A stretch of DNA of 64,000 nt, taken from Okamejei kenojei (lineage: Eukaryota). The DNA lies in assembly GCA_035221665.1 (NCBI GenBank), contig CM069132.1, positions 97,960,001 to 98,024,000 on the forward strand, in the 5' to 3' direction. The translations under genes were made by a program, and so were the position numbers. Shown here piece by piece: positions 28,673-42,186 of the stretch. The stretch's first letter is position 1, and every line of letters starts with the position of its first letter. Below the pieces are notes generated by a model that was given only the letters and a program-made list of their open reading frames with translations, made no database searches and was not told the origin of the DNA.

Positions 28673-28768
28673 ACTGTCTGAAGAAGGGTCTCGACCCGAA
28701 ACGTCGCCTATCTCCTTCGCCTCTTAGATGCTGCTGCACCCGCTGAGTTTCTCCAGCTTTTTGTGTAA
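28673..28768 (+). mobile_element. Hammerhead-motif mini-element nested in the Penelope 3' region
   Basis: 14-bp TSD ccctttaatgtctt at 28659-28672 and 28769-28782. Confidence 0.8.
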
Positions 28769-30004
28769 CCCTTTAATGTCTTGTTTACACACCTTACACT
28801 TCGTTATCTCTGTGTCTCCCTCTCCCTTGCCTCTCAGTCTGAAGAATAGTCTCAACTCGAAACGTCAGACATTACCTCTATCCAGAGATGCAGCCTGTCT
28901 CGCTGAGTTGCCCCAGCATTTTGTGTCTTAAGTCCGATAAAGCCTGATTAAAGAGTTCAAAAGTCTCCAATGAGGTAGAATGGAGGTCAGGACCACACTC
29001 TAGCTAGTGAGAGGACCATTCAATTGGAATCAATTCAGATGGAAAGCAATTATTTAAAATGGGAAAAATATCAAAACATTTAAAATATTCAGCAAGACTT
29101 TGTGAAGGGGAGACTAACATTGATTGGAGTTTTCATGAAGCATCAATGAGGGCAGTGTGTTCAATTGAGCGAATGTGGCTTTTACAGTAGTAAGCATTTT
29201 GATGTAGTTTCACATGATAGGCTGGCCAAAAGAAATTGAAGGCCATGGAAAGCAAGGTGGCAAATAGTAAATTGGATTCAAAACCAGCTCAGTGGCAGGA
29301 AGCAAAGGGTAATAGTTGTTAGGAAAAATGTGATTTAAATGGAGATTGACATGAATGTTAGCAAGAATGGAGGATTTTAGATTGGATAGGCAGTGATTAT
29401 ATTCTTTGAAATAGAGGAGTCTGACAATTAAGGTGTGTAAAATTGTGAGGAGCTCAGGTAGATAAGACGAGCAGCCAGAACCCATGGTAGTTAATAGAGA
29501 CAGGATAAACCAGAGGGCATATAATTAAAGTAATTGATGACGGAGGGGAGATGAGGAAAATGAAACCACCAAGAGTGCGGTGGAGTTAATAAGCATTATT
29601 AACAACCACAAATAAGTATTATTAACTCCACCACAAAGAACCTGGTCCAGGTCACAGCTTTACAATTACTTCAAGCCCTTTGACGATGCTCAGAAACAAT
29701 GGTCCCTTTTTGGTTGTATTTTTTGTAATGATTTCTGTTACACTGTTCAGTGTCTCAAGCATTCCAGATAAGTAGCAATATCCTCAATGTGCATTCTCAC
29801 AAAACAATGAATTCATGGCTTTGCCGCAATTTCCTCCGTCACGGGGATTAAACAGATTGATTCTGTGCACCGTCTCAGCCTCATGTCCCCTGCTACATAC
29901 CATCCGTTCGTCGTCTCACTTTCACAGTGACATCTGTGGCTTTAGCCTTCTGAGTGGTTTTAATCGAGCTCAAGCCAAGCTTGAAGAACAACACTTTCTA
30001 TTTG

Positions 30005-30162
30005 TGTAGGAAAGAACTACAGATGCTGGTTTAAATCGAAGGTAGACACAAAATGCTGGAGTAACTCAGTCTGAAGAAGGATCTCAACCTGAAACGTCAC
30101 CCATTCCTTCTCTTCAGAGATGCTGCCTGTCCCGCTGAGTTACTCCAGCATTTTGTGTCTAC
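30005..30162. mobile_element. Fold-back Penelope-terminus mini-element in an older PLE remnant
   Basis: 16-bp TSD caacactt(t/a)ctatttg at 29989-30004 and 30163-30178. Confidence 0.78.
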
Positions 30163-31179
30163 CAACACTTACTATTTGGCATGTTATCTCCCTCGTGCCT
30201 TCACTGTCTTTAACTATAGCTCCAGCAATACATTTTCTTTTGCTTTTGAGCACGTATCTCTGTTTAACTGGGATGACTCAAAGCAAAACCATGAGTAGAA
30301 ACTGAAGATTAAAATGTATCGGTAACGGTCTGTGATGATAACATTGTCTCCCTCTTTGGCATAATTAACCATAATTATTTTCTGACGCTTACAACAAAAT
30401 TTAAGAACATCCAGATTAACAGATCTTAACTACTGACTAACTACCAAATCAGATTTTCTCTGATCTCTAATAAATACCAGCAGTACTAAATATTTAAGGG
30501 ATAAGTGCAATGGGCTTAAGATACAATCAAGGGCAAGATGTTTCCAAACTCAAGACTTACTAAATAACTTAATGTTACCCAGAGATAAAGAAAAAGTACA
30601 TAAAGCTCTGAAATGCTGCATGTTCATGGCCCATAGGCAATTAAATGCTAATCTCCAGAAGGCCGACACGTTGCAAGGGTGGGTTAATGCTGAGAGAACA
30701 GGACAGCAAAATAACACTTGGAATTAAAAATAATAAAAAAAGCTATTGCCCAGTTACCATTAATTATTTATGAAATGAAATGAACTTATCTCATCAATTC
30801 TGTTGGTCTTTACCTCCCATTGTTAACCTGGCCTTGGGATGGTTAAAATTGGTTACAAAATTCTCCTGAGATGAACTTTCTCAGAGGCATTAATGTCAAA
30901 TGACCTGCTGCAAATTGTCAACCCATTTTACTCTGCAGTGATAGCTTCCTGTTGAAATCTATGAGAGCATAAATTGTTGGAAAATAAAGTCAAGAATCGA
31001 AACTTGAGTGCTGATTACTGATAAAAACAATATCATGATGATAGGCTGATGACTGGTAAAAACAATGCTGGTGTTAATTTCAAAGATAAATTTAATTTGT
31101 TATGTTTTCATCTTAAGTATCAAACCAGGGCGCCACAATGTCATTGGACTACTTTTTCTTGCTATTAACAAGTAAAGAG

Positions 31180-32405
31180 TCAAAGAATCATTCAGCATAA
31201 AACAGGCCATTCAGCCCAACTCCACCATACCAATCAGCAGGAACCTTTCTATATTAATCCCATTGCCAGAACTTGCTCCTTAGCCTTCTGTTCATTACCA
31301 ATTTGCGCTAATCTAAATGCTTTTTAAATGCTGTCAATGACAGTTTTAACCTCTCCCTCAGGCAGTGAATTACAGGCACGTACCACTCTCTGAGTTAAGA
31401 AAACTATATCCCCTCCGAATCTCTTCTGCCTTTCCCAAAATCCATGTCCTCTAGGTGTATCTACATCTGATATATGGAAAGGTTTCATTACGCCTGCTCT
31501 ATCTACAACCCTCATAATTTTATATACCGCAATCATATCTTCTCTTAACCTCCTCCTCTCTATAAAGGACAGTCTTTGCTTCTCCAGTCTGCCCTCATGA
31601 CTGAATTGCTTCATCCCAGGCAATAACCTGATGATTCTCCTCTGCACCCCCACCAGCACTATCACATCTTTCCTATAGCTTACAGTACTCCAGTCAAGGT
31701 ATCACTAGCATTTTATAAAGTTGGAGCATAACCTTCCTACTTCTGTATTCAACTAATGAAGGCCAGTATCCAATATGCCTTTCTAACCATGTTATCTACC
31801 TGTGTTGCGATTGTCAAGGATCTATGGATTTGTACCGAGTTATTCACTGAGGCCCTACATTTATGGTGTATATCCTAGCCGCATTAGTGCTGCCAAAATG
31901 CATCACCTCATATTTGTCTGGATTAATTTCATTGATCATTTTTCAGCCCATTTCACCAACATATTAATATCTATCTGTAGTTAAGGCAACCTATCACACT
32001 ATCAACAACTCGATCCATCATTGTGTTATCTGCAAACTTACCGATCATGCCTCCCGCATCCACATCCAAGACACTCACGTAAATTATAAACAGCTAGTGA
32101 CCCAGCATCCATCCTTGCGGGACATCACAAGTCACAGGCACCGAATGGAAAAATCAATCCTACATCATCAACATCAGTCTACCATTGTCAAACCAATTTT
32201 GGATTCAGTTTGTCAACTTGTCTTGCATCCAATAGGTAATATCTTTTTGAACCAGTCTCCCATGTGAGACTTGTAAAAGGACTGAATAAAGTCCATTCAA
32301 ATTGCATCTACCTCATCGATACACTTTGTTAACTCTTCAAAAAAAAAAAGTTGACATAATCTGCCCTTCGCAAACCCTTATCGGTTATCTCTGATCAGTC
32401 CCTGT
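31180..32405 (-). mobile_element. Old, degraded CR1 LINE
   Basis: GVQRRIIRLLPGMKQFSHEGRLEK…LTQRVVRACNSLPE on the minus strand. Confidence 0.8.
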
Positions 32406-32407
32406 CT

Positions 32408-33850
32408 CAAGTCAAGTCAAGTTTATTCGTCACATCCACATACGAGATGTGCAGTGAAATGAAAAGTGGCAATGCTCGCGGACTTTGTGCAAAAAACAAA
32501 CAAAAAACCAAACAAACTACGAACAGAATGGAACAGAATCACATGTTCTTTTACATATTAAATATTGTGGGCGGAAGGAAAAAGGGGAAATAAAACCAAC
32601 AATTTTTTTTAAAAGCAGTAGAGTGGTACAGTAAAGTTAGTCCCTGGTGAGATAGGAGTTTACAGTCCTAATGGCCTCTGGGAAGAAACTCCTTCTCATC
32701 CTCTCCGTTCTCACAGCATGGCAACGGAGGCGTTTGCCTGACCGTAGCAGCTGGAACAGTCCGTTGCAGGGGTGGAAGGGGTCTCCCATTATCTTATTGG
32801 CTCTGGAGTTGCACCTCCTGATGTATAGTTCCTGCAGAGGGGCGAGAGAAGTTCCCATAGTGCATTCGGCCGAACGCACTACTCTCTGCAGAGCCTTCTT
32901 GTCCTGGGCAGAGCAATTCCCAAACCAGATTGTAATATTTCCGGACAAGATGCTTTCCACAGCCGCTGAGTAGAAGCACTGGAGGATCCTCGGAGACACT
33001 CTGAATTTCCTCAATTGCCTGAGGTGGTAAAGGCGCTGCCTTGCCTTACTCACGAGTGCTGCAGCGTGTGATGTCCATGTCATATCCTCAGAGATGTGGA
33101 CTCCCAGGTATTTAAAACAGCTCACCCTATCCACAGTATCCCCATTTATCCTCAATGGTGTGTACGTCCTCGAATGATGTGCCCTCCTAAAGTCCACGAT
33201 CAGCTCCTTAGTTTTTTTGATGTTCAAGAGAAGGCTGTTGTCCTGACACCAGAGTGCCAGATCAGTCACTTGCTTCCGGTAGGCCTTCTCATCGTTGTCT
33301 GAGATCAGGCCCACCACCAGTGTCATCAGCAAACTTGATTATCGAGTTGGAGCTCGGTAATCTAGCCACACAGTCATGTGTGTACAGGGAGTACAGTATG
33401 GGGCTGAGGACGCAACCCTGGGGGGATCCTGTGCTCAGGGTGAGGGACTTTGATGTATTTCCTCCCATCTTGACTACTTGGGTCTGGCGGTGAGAAAGTC
33501 CAGGACCCAGGCACACAGGGGGGTGTTGAGCCATAATTTCAGTAGCTTCTCGGCCAGTCTGGTGGGGACTATCGTGTTGAAGGCTGAACTGAAGTCTATG
33601 AACAGCATCCTCACATAGCCCCCCTTCTGGCTGTCAAGATGAGAAAGAGCGGTGTGCAAAACCTGGGAGACCGCATCATCCGTGGACGGTATGCGAATTG
33701 TAATGGGTCCATGTTGCAAGGGAGGAAGGCGCAGATGTGTTTCTTCACCAGCCTCTCAAAGCATTTCATGACTACCGAGGTGAGGGCCACCGGACGGTAG
33801 TCATTCAGACAGGCTGGGGAGGCATTTTTAGGTACCGGTGCAATGATGGG
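32408..33850 (-). mobile_element. Rex1/Babar-type LINE, 5'-truncated (RT plus C-terminal domain and 3' UTR)
   Basis: [60 protein letters not shown]…KARQRLYHLRQLRKF; AATAAA followed by (ACTTG)n tail. Confidence 0.93.
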
Positions 33851-33954
33851 GTTTTTTTAAATGATTATTAATTATCTTCCTCAATTTTTTTCCCAGTACC
33901 TTCCCAACTATTGATTTATGAGCAAAGTTTAATTTTTACATTTTGGGAACAGGA

Positions 33955-34740
33955 GTCATAGAGCTTAGAAAAGTACAACACAGGAACAGGCCCCTTGGCC
34001 CACAATGTCTGTGTCGAACATGATACCTAGTTAAATTAATCTCCTCTCCCTGCACATGATCCATATCCCTCCATTCCCTGCATATCCGTGCTTATCTGAA
34101 AAACTCTTAAATGCCTCTATTGTATCTGTCTCCATCACTGTCCATGCCACGGTCCCAAGTCACCCACCACTCACTGTGTAAAAATTTGACCCGCACATCT
34201 CCTTTAAACTTTGTTTCTCTCACTTTAAAATTATGCCTTTGAATCTTTGACATTTCCACCCTGGGAATAAGGTTCTGACAGAGTACTCTATCAATGCCTC
34301 TCGCAATTCTATATACCTATCAACCTCCGATGTTTCTGAGAAAACAAACCAAGTTTGCTCAACCTCCCCTTATAGCAATAAGGTTATTGCATGCAGTAAT
34401 GGAATATGTATGACAAGAAGATTGCACTGAGCAGGTCATTATCATTTCATTGCTTGAGATTTGCACTCCTACAAGGTATGGAATGATTGCCAGGTGAAGA
34501 GAGATTGTCTTTAAGGCCAATGCCAATGATCGTGGCAGCATTCTGTTAAACCTCTTCTGCACCCTCCTCAAAGCCTCCATATCCATCCTGTAATGGGGTG
34601 ACCAGAACTGCTCACAATATTCTAAATGCGGCTTAACCAAAGACCTAGAAAGATGCGCCATGACATCCTGACTCTTATACTAAATACCCCGAACAATGAA
34701 GTTGAGCACACCATCTCTCCCACTCTTACTTGTGTTACCA
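33955..34740 (-). mobile_element. CR1 LINE 3' fragment carrying a captured ~150-bp local sequence
   Basis: LVKPHLEYCEQFWSPHYRMDMEALRRVQKRFNRMLP; interrupted at 34381-34529. Confidence 0.85.
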
Positions 34741-36402
34741 GTCGACTCCTCAAGCCCTGCCTCCCCATTTAATATCATCATGGCTGATCTGCCCTGGGCA
34801 GTTCTTGTTTGCTAATTTCTCAACAGACTAGGGCGTGCTTATGGCTAGTTGGCAGACCACAGGGAACTATCAGCGAGCTGCAGTCAGGATGTAAGGATGC
34901 ATAAGTATAGAACATGCTGATACACACAGAGTTATGGAGCATGTTGGAGGTCTATTGCCAGCATGCAGTGACCCAATTAATTTGAATGAGCGAGTGGTGA
35001 AGAAGAGTCTCGATCTGAAACGTCACCCATTCCTTCCCTCCAGAGATGCTGCCTGTCCTGCTGAGTTACTCCAGCATTTTGTGTATATGAGCGGTTATAA
35101 AAGTTGTACAACACTACATAACTCGAATAAAAACAGACAACGCTAGAAATATTCAGACAGGCAGCATCTGCAGAGAGAGAACAATCTGCAGCATTTTGCT
35201 TATATATAAATCTAAGTTGTTTGTCTGATAGTGAAATGCAAGACGAAGGTGAAGGGATGTATTTTTGTCACCACTAAATTTTTTCGTAGAAGACAAAAAC
35301 ATTTCTGAAAACAGAACGTCTCACAATTTAAAAAAAAACCAAAATTATGAACCTGTGTATCATTTGCATTTTTGTAGGTTGCTGAAAGGACAGAGTGCGT
35401 GGTGATATGTAACGTGCTTTGGAACAATGATACTGGGCACAAGCCAAGAAAACTGAGTGATCCAAAGTGAAGTAATGAGGTTATTGCATGCAGTAATGGA
35501 ATATGTTATGACATGAAGATTGCATTGGGCAGGTCGTGAGCATTTTATTACTTGAGATCTGCACGCGTAGAGGGTGATGAGATGATCGCCAGGTGAGGCG
35601 AGATTGCCTTGAAGCTTAATGCCAAAATGATGGGATGGAGCAGAATGCTGAGAGCAACAGATTACTCTTGACTGCAGGCAGAGGAGAGAGGGGGAGAGGG
35701 GAGAGGGGGAGAGGGGGGGAGGGGGGGGAGGGAGGGAATGATGGAGAGGACAAGTGTGAGAGGGCAGTCAATGCTGGTAATCATGAGTGGTCAAATGATT
35801 TACAAACCAATGAACCAACAGCGTTGTGGGACATAAAACACTGCTTCCGGTATTGATTTACGGGGCTGGAAAGATGAAAACATATAAATTAGATATCTAT
35901 GGAGGTTCTACGTTAAATTGGTAACTGCCTGCTCAATGGGAAGGCAATTATAAACTAAGAAATAAGTGACTGCTGAATAGGTGATATTAATTATAATGAA
36001 ATTGATCGCTAAAATTATTTTGTTCTTTCTCCGACAATAAAATATTTGAAAAATTACATTTCCATACAGATGACAACACTTTCATGGTTTGAGCACAAAT
36101 TGCTTTGTTGACCTGATGAAAAAATGGCCTCAATCGTCTCCCCACTGACTAGATAACATAATAATAAACAAACAGCAGAGATGTGATAAAAGAAACAAGA
36201 CAAAGTGGAAAAGTGTTTTGTAAGATATTGCTTTTAAGCATAAAATCCTGAAAACGTTAGCAGGGGTAACGCACTGAAACTGATAAAATGGCAGTGTGCT
36301 TAAAATTATTTCACCGTTTGGTGTGATTTACAGTTGATAAGCAACACCAGCTTCACACTTTGCAGCTAGCACTAATTCACCAGGACTTGCTTCCTGCAAG
36401 GA

Positions 36403-37552
36403 CTCCATCCCCTATTCCCAATTCCTCCGTCTACGCCGCATCTGCTCCCAGGATGAGGTGTTCCACACCAGGTCATCACAAATGGCCTCATTCTTCAGGG
36501 AACAGGGATTCCCCTCCCCCACTATTGATGAGGCTCGCACCAGGGTCTCCTCCATACCCCGCAACACTGCCCTCGCTCCCCATTCCCCCACTCGCAAACA
36601 GGGCAGAGTCCCCCTGGTCCTCACCTTTCACCCCACCAGCCGGCAAATACAACATATAGTCCTCCGCCAGTTTCGCCACCTCCAACGTGACCCCTCCACC
36701 CGCCACATCTTCCCATTTCCCCCCCTGTCTGCCTTCCGCAAAGACCGCTCCCTCCGCAACTCCCTTGTCAATTCTTCCCTCCCCTCCCGCTCTACCCCTT
36801 CCCCGGGCACTTTCCCTTGCAACCGCAAGAAATGCAACACTTGTCCCTTCACCTCCCCCCTCCACTCCTTTCAGGGACCCAAGCAGTCCTTCCAGGTCCG
36901 ACAGAGGTTCACCTGCACCTCCTCCAACCTCATCTACTGCATCCGCTGCTCCAGATGCCAGATGATCTATATCGGTGAGACCAAGCGGAGGCTTGGCGAT
37001 CGCTTCGCCGAAACACCTCCGCTCGATCCGCAATAACCAACCCGACCTCCCGGTGGCTCAGCACTTCAACTCCCCCTCCCATTCCGCATCCGACCTCTCG
37101 GTCCTGGGCCTCCTCCACGGCCAGAGTGAGCAACACCGCAAGCTGGAGGAACAGCACCTCATATTCCGCTTGGGGACTCTGCATCCTTTGGGCTTGAACA
37201 TTGAATTTTCTCAATTCTGTTAACCCTTGCTGTCTCCTCCCCTTCCCACCTCTCCCTCAGCCCTCGGGCCCTGGCATTCCCTCTATCTCTATCTCCCTCC
37301 CCCACCCCAGTCGCACCAGCTTCTCATTTTCACACCACAAACAGCTTACAATGGCTTGTTCCCTTTATCATCGATACTTTTTTGCATATCTTTCATTCAT
37401 TGTTCCTTATCTCTCCACATCACCGTCTATATCTCTCGTTTCCCTGATCCCTGACCAGTCTGAAGAAGGGTCTCGACCCGAAACGTCGCCTATCTCCTTC
37501 ACTCCTTAGATGCTGCTGCACCCGCTGAGTTTCTCCAGCTTTTTGTGTACCC
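36403..37552 (+). mobile_element. Young Penelope-like element 3' portion (GIY-YIG, Cys linker, terminal repeat)
   Basis: GTFPCNRKKCNTC…RFTCTSSNLIYCIRCSRCQMIYIGETKRRLGDRFAE, RKLEEQHLIFRLGTLHPLGLNIEF; one frameshift near 37013. Confidence 0.93.
37455..37492 (+). ncRNA. Minimal hammerhead ribozyme motif in the Penelope terminus (representative copy)
   Basis: CUGAAGA(A)-GGGUC-UC-GACCC-GAAAC-GUC: conserved hammerhead boxes, helix II, palindromic ACGU helix III and a GUC cleavage triplet. Activity cannot be shown from sequence. Confidence 0.7.
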
Positions 37553-38047
37553 ACTAATTCACCAATCTGGCTTCTAGAAAGTTAGATGGCTGACAATTTA
37601 AGAAATGGGAAAGACACATTGTTATGGCACTTGGAGGTTGTTTTTGAAAAATGCTGTACATAAATGCAAGTATTCCCTGATTTACCAAGAAAATGCATTC
37701 CAGGCAAATGGAGCACAAGACACTGCAGATGCTGGAATCATGAGCAGAAACCAAAATGCTGGTGGTACTCGACGGGTCAGTCAGCATCTCTGGAGAGAAG
37801 GAATGGATGACGTTTCGGGTCGAGACCCTTCTTCAGACCCATTCCTTCTCTCCAGAGATGCTGCCTGCCCCGCTGTTACTCCAGAATTTGAGTCTATCTT
37901 TGGTTTAACCCAGCATCTGCAGTTCCTTCATACACAAGTGATAGATGAATACAGGTGAGGGAGAGTGATTGGCAGATGGGTGAAGTAAGTGACAAAGGTG
38001 AAAAGGGACTTGCCAGGCTTTGCCTTGCTCCCATATGTCTTTGCCTC

Positions 38048-38617
38048 TGTTACGACTCCCGAATGCAGGTACTTCAGTCGCGTAACATAGTCAAAAACCA
38101 GGCTCAAGTTCAAGAAAATAGTCTTTTATTTAATTAAAACTCAAACCTGATTCAAACAACCCAGACAAGGACAAGAATAAACTAATAAACAAAGATAACA
38201 GTGCTCCAGCCAGCCTCGCAATGGGCCGACGAACTAGAGTCTCTAACCTGCTTAAATGGAAATATCCCTTAAACAAAATACATGAAAACCCACAGGTCAG
38301 CCCTTATCTGTCCCAATTCAATATTAATTGACAAATGTAGCTAATAATACACAAAGTTCTATGCCATGTGGCCAGCCTCCTGTAGCTCACACCAGCAACC
38401 TGCTCCCAAGCCAGGGTCGATGAAGAGAGAGAGAATTCTGGGAGATTCTGGTATTTAAGCGTCCGATGGGTCACCGTCACCTGACGCAGCTTGGCCAACT
38501 GGGTACAGGAGCCCTTAACCCCTTAATTCCTGACTCCCAGCCACGGGGCCTGCACTCAGGAGAGAAACAGAAGAGTTAAGTACATAGCCTTCACCGGAGG
38601 GGGGGGAGTACCTAACA
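38048..38617 (-). mobile_element. Probable solo LTR (570 bp)
   Basis: Termini TGTTA…TAACA; 5-bp TSD gcctc/gtctc (1 mismatch); minus-strand TATA-like TTAAATA (38452-58) upstream of AATAAA (38125-30). Confidence 0.7.
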
Positions 38618-39118
38618 GTCTCCATAAATATAAAGTCACTCCCACTGAGTTCCACCAGCATTTGTGTTTTGCATTCCAGGAAAATATTTTGTGTAGCAAA
38701 ATCTAACAAATCGAAAAGACAGGGTGAAATACATTATGGATATTTTGGTACTGATGTATTCCTGGAGGTGAAAAGCGGCATCTCATTTGTCATGGTGAAG
38801 AATGCATTTGTAAATTGAGGACACTTACCTAAAAGAATCAGGAGGATTAAAGCAAACATTTCTAAACAGAATATTCATTAGTTGAGGAACACGTGACAGG
38901 TTCACATGCTGCTCCTCAGACTGGCTTTCGTAGAAAAATGATCTTAAAATGGCTCTAGGTTAAGCAATAGCTGGACTTTAAAATTCTCCTTGTTACTTTC
39001 AAATTGTTTCCTTTTCATCACTCTTCCCAGTTATGATAATATTTCCTGGATGGAAATTTCTCTTACATATCCGCTGTTTCCTAGCCTCTTGATCACTCCT
39101 GATTCGCTCTCAGTGTTT

Positions 39119-40001
39119 TGACCTGCCAGGGCTCAAAGGTTTATAGTCACTTCGTACAAGCCTCCTGTGTAAATAGCTCGTTCTAAGCTTCCCCCCAGTC
39201 TAGTTTCAGTCAAAAATCACTGAGTCAAGCACTTGCGCATCTAAACTTTATTTTGACAAAACACAATTACAATTCCACTACCATACCTAACCACCGCGGG
39301 TTCAATCCTCATATCTGCCTGATCAAGCCCTCTTAGCCTCGCTCAAGCAGAGACACTCCAGAAGGTCACGCAGTCTGAAGCATTCTCCCAGAAGATCGAC
39401 ACAGTACCTTGTGAGAGCGGTCTTTTATAGGTCCCCGAACCTTGAGGGGCTGAACCACATGGGGGTAGTCTCTTTACAGTCCAATAACAGATATCAATTA
39501 ACACAGTATATGATAGACATTTCCCTAACCCAATAATACAGTGACTAATACAATGTATTCAAATAGTGATCCTGAAAGGAAGCAAACATCACAACATGTG
39601 CCTTGATATTCAAGAAAACATGACAAGGCTCAATACTTAATCCAATCAACATCTAGCAAAGTAAAGTTTTGCAACATTATATACAATGTATATGTCTGGT
39701 TTGCATTCATCCCATCCATTCCATGCAATTTTCACCTAATTGTCAGGATCTGCAGATGTTTCATTCTCTTCCTGCAGCTCTTATCTGGGCTCTAGACAAA
39801 CTGGCACCATTCTGCAGTTTGTCCTATTTCTGCAGAAGGCACATTTAAATTGACCAAATGGCCTCGCAGCCCAGAAGCCTTTACTCAATTTTAGTGTCCT
39901 GGCCTCTCCAATTTGGCCAGAATTAACACTTGCACTTCAACCACTTTTTTTTGTTCCTTCAAGATACTCTTTAAAATGTAACCCATTGCCTTCTGTCTTC
40001 A
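39119..40001 (-). mobile_element. Possible ERV-like solo LTR
   Basis: Minus strand begins TGAAGACAG and ends …GGTCA; TATAAAA (39423-29) about 170 bp before AATAAA (39247-52). No matching TSD found, so the boundaries are uncertain. Confidence 0.5.
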
Positions 40002-40073
40002 GCACTGTCTTTCACCTTCGCATATCACTGTACCTTAATTGGTACACGTGACAATAAAAGACCTTTGACACCT

Positions 40074-40340
40074 TTAGTTTAGTTTAGTTTGGAGATAGGG
40101 TGTAGAAACAGGCCCTTTGGCCCGTGTGCTGGAATACTATCACCCATGCACTAGTTCTATGTTAACCCATAAACCTGTATGTCTATGGAATGTGGGAGGA
40201 AACCGGAGCACCTGGAAAAAACTGATGCGGTCACGGGGAGAACGTACAAACTCTTTACAGCCAGCTTCCTTAGTCAGGATTGAACCTGGGTCTCTGGCGC
40301 TGTAAAGCAGCAGCTCTACCTCTGCGCCAATGTGCTGCTC
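40074..40340 (-). mobile_element. V-SINE (HE1-like)
   Basis: (TTTAG)n tail on the plus strand, V-domain core, tRNA-like head. Confidence 0.8.
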
Positions 40341-41323
40341 CACTTTACATCTCTTTAGGTGACTTTGTGTTAAGTTGTGTTGATATTCAAGAAAACCAGA
40401 TAAGGCTCAATACTTAATCCAATCAACTTCTAGCAAAGTAAAGGCACTCAGCAGACAGCATCCAATGAAAGGGAAACTGTTAATGTTTTAGGTTGTGGAC
40501 TTACTGAAAAATGATGGTGGGCCTGAAACATTCAACTGTATTGCTCTCCACATGTGCTGCCTGATCTGCATCTATCTGTTTCTAGAATTTACATGTTTAT
40601 TTCAGATTTCCATCATCTTCGGTTTAAAAAAATTTCTATTTATGTCAAATTGTTTCCCGTAATCCTTCATTAGCATCATTGGACTTACTGGCACTTTAAG
40701 CATAGGATATAAATACAAGGTGCTGCCACTTTGACCTTGACTATGGCCTCAGATAACCTGCTTATCATTCCAATTGACAGAGATGCAACTGTGTAACAAG
40801 ACGTCAAGAAGGAATCAATTTTGGTTTAAGAGCCTCTGGGAAATGGGAAAATTAATTATAAATTTTAGGTATTGCTGTACAAATCTGCCTGATCCAACCA
40901 CTGTTTGCACATGTGGATTTCATAATCACATATGACGGCTAGGAAGATTAGACGTTCACGTGCATGGGGATTCACATTTGCTCATTATCTCCACATCATT
41001 ATGACAGCTAAATTTCTAGAATGGAATTGATTATTCAGAAAACTTTTCTCGACACCGATTCAAATGGTGCACACCACTTGCTGTGGCCAGACAAGTTGAG
41101 GAAAGGCAACACCAAGGACAGGGTATTAGACTGACACTAATGTGAGCAAAGTGTGATTCTTCTTGATGGTCCTCAGACAAAAAGGGCAGTGATGTTTATG
41201 GCAGTTGAGACTTAACCACGTTCACAAATGGACATTTAAGTGGCAAGAAACATTCATGTTATGCAAATGCTATGAAACAACGAGCTTCGGAAAGAAGCCT
41301 AACTGCAGATCTTTGATATTCAA

Positions 41324-41420
41324 AGATAGACACAAAAAGCTAGAGTAACTCAGCGGGACAGGCAGCATCTCTGAAGAGAAGGAATGGGTGACGTTTCGGG
41401 TCGAGACCCTTCTTCAGACT
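41324..41420 (-). mobile_element. 97-bp hammerhead-motif mini-element
   Basis: 15-bp TSD atctttg(a/c)tattcaa at 41309-41323 and 41421-41435; intact core gacgtttcgggtcgagacccttcttcag. Confidence 0.82.
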
Positions 41421-42186
41421 ATCTTTGCTATTCAACATCCACATTCTCTGTCATCAGATCTTTGGTGTTATTATTAACAAGAAATCAAATGGAACAACCA
41501 TGTAAACAATATTACTACAAGAGAGGATCACTGGCTGGGTATTTTGTATAGAATAGTTAATCTTTTGAAGTCCCAAGGGGACTTCATCTATAATACACTT
41601 CATTTGAAGTACCCTACACTTGTCTGTTGAATTAAGCTTTAGAAGAACTCAAGATGCTTGACACTATCTAAAGGCAAACAACCAGCAAAAAATAAATCAA
41701 ATCTTCCACCTTGGATAGTCAATCCCTTCAGCAATGAGCACTCCGTGGCTGCAATGTGTGACAGTTACATGATACAGAGGCTTAACTTGAGGCATAACTC
41801 TGAGGAGGGATCTTAACCCATCAACCATGTTCAACGGAGAAGCTGCCTGACCCCCTGAGTTCCTTGAACACTTTGCGCCCTTTTGTTTTTTAACTTGCTC
41901 AGTTTTCTTCAACAGCACTTCCAACCGCTTGCTGCTTCCGTAAACAGCACCCAACCATCCCATCCAGACTGGAATTTTTTTTTTCATTTTGGCAGAGTCA
42001 AAATCCTATCCAGCAACAACTCGAAAGTAGCTTTACCAAGGTTCAGGGGAGTGGCCATGCCAGAGTTGCCCACAACAGTAAAACAATGGTAATAATGTCT
42101 ACAGGCTTTGCTCCTCTGTTGACTCTCTGGAGAAGCAGCTTCAAGTGGTCCATGTGCCACCATCCTTGTTGTTTGCATTGTGATTA

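Larger units (their letters stand above)
26289..28930 (+). mobile_element. Penelope-like element: inverted terminal segment (about 26289-26610) followed by the truncated body, with nested insertions
   Basis: FQVRQRFTCTSSNLIYCIRCSRCGLLYIGKTKRRLGDRFAEH (GIY-YIG) at 28180-28300. An inverted 3' terminus at the 5' end is typical of truncated PLE insertions. Confidence 0.88.
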
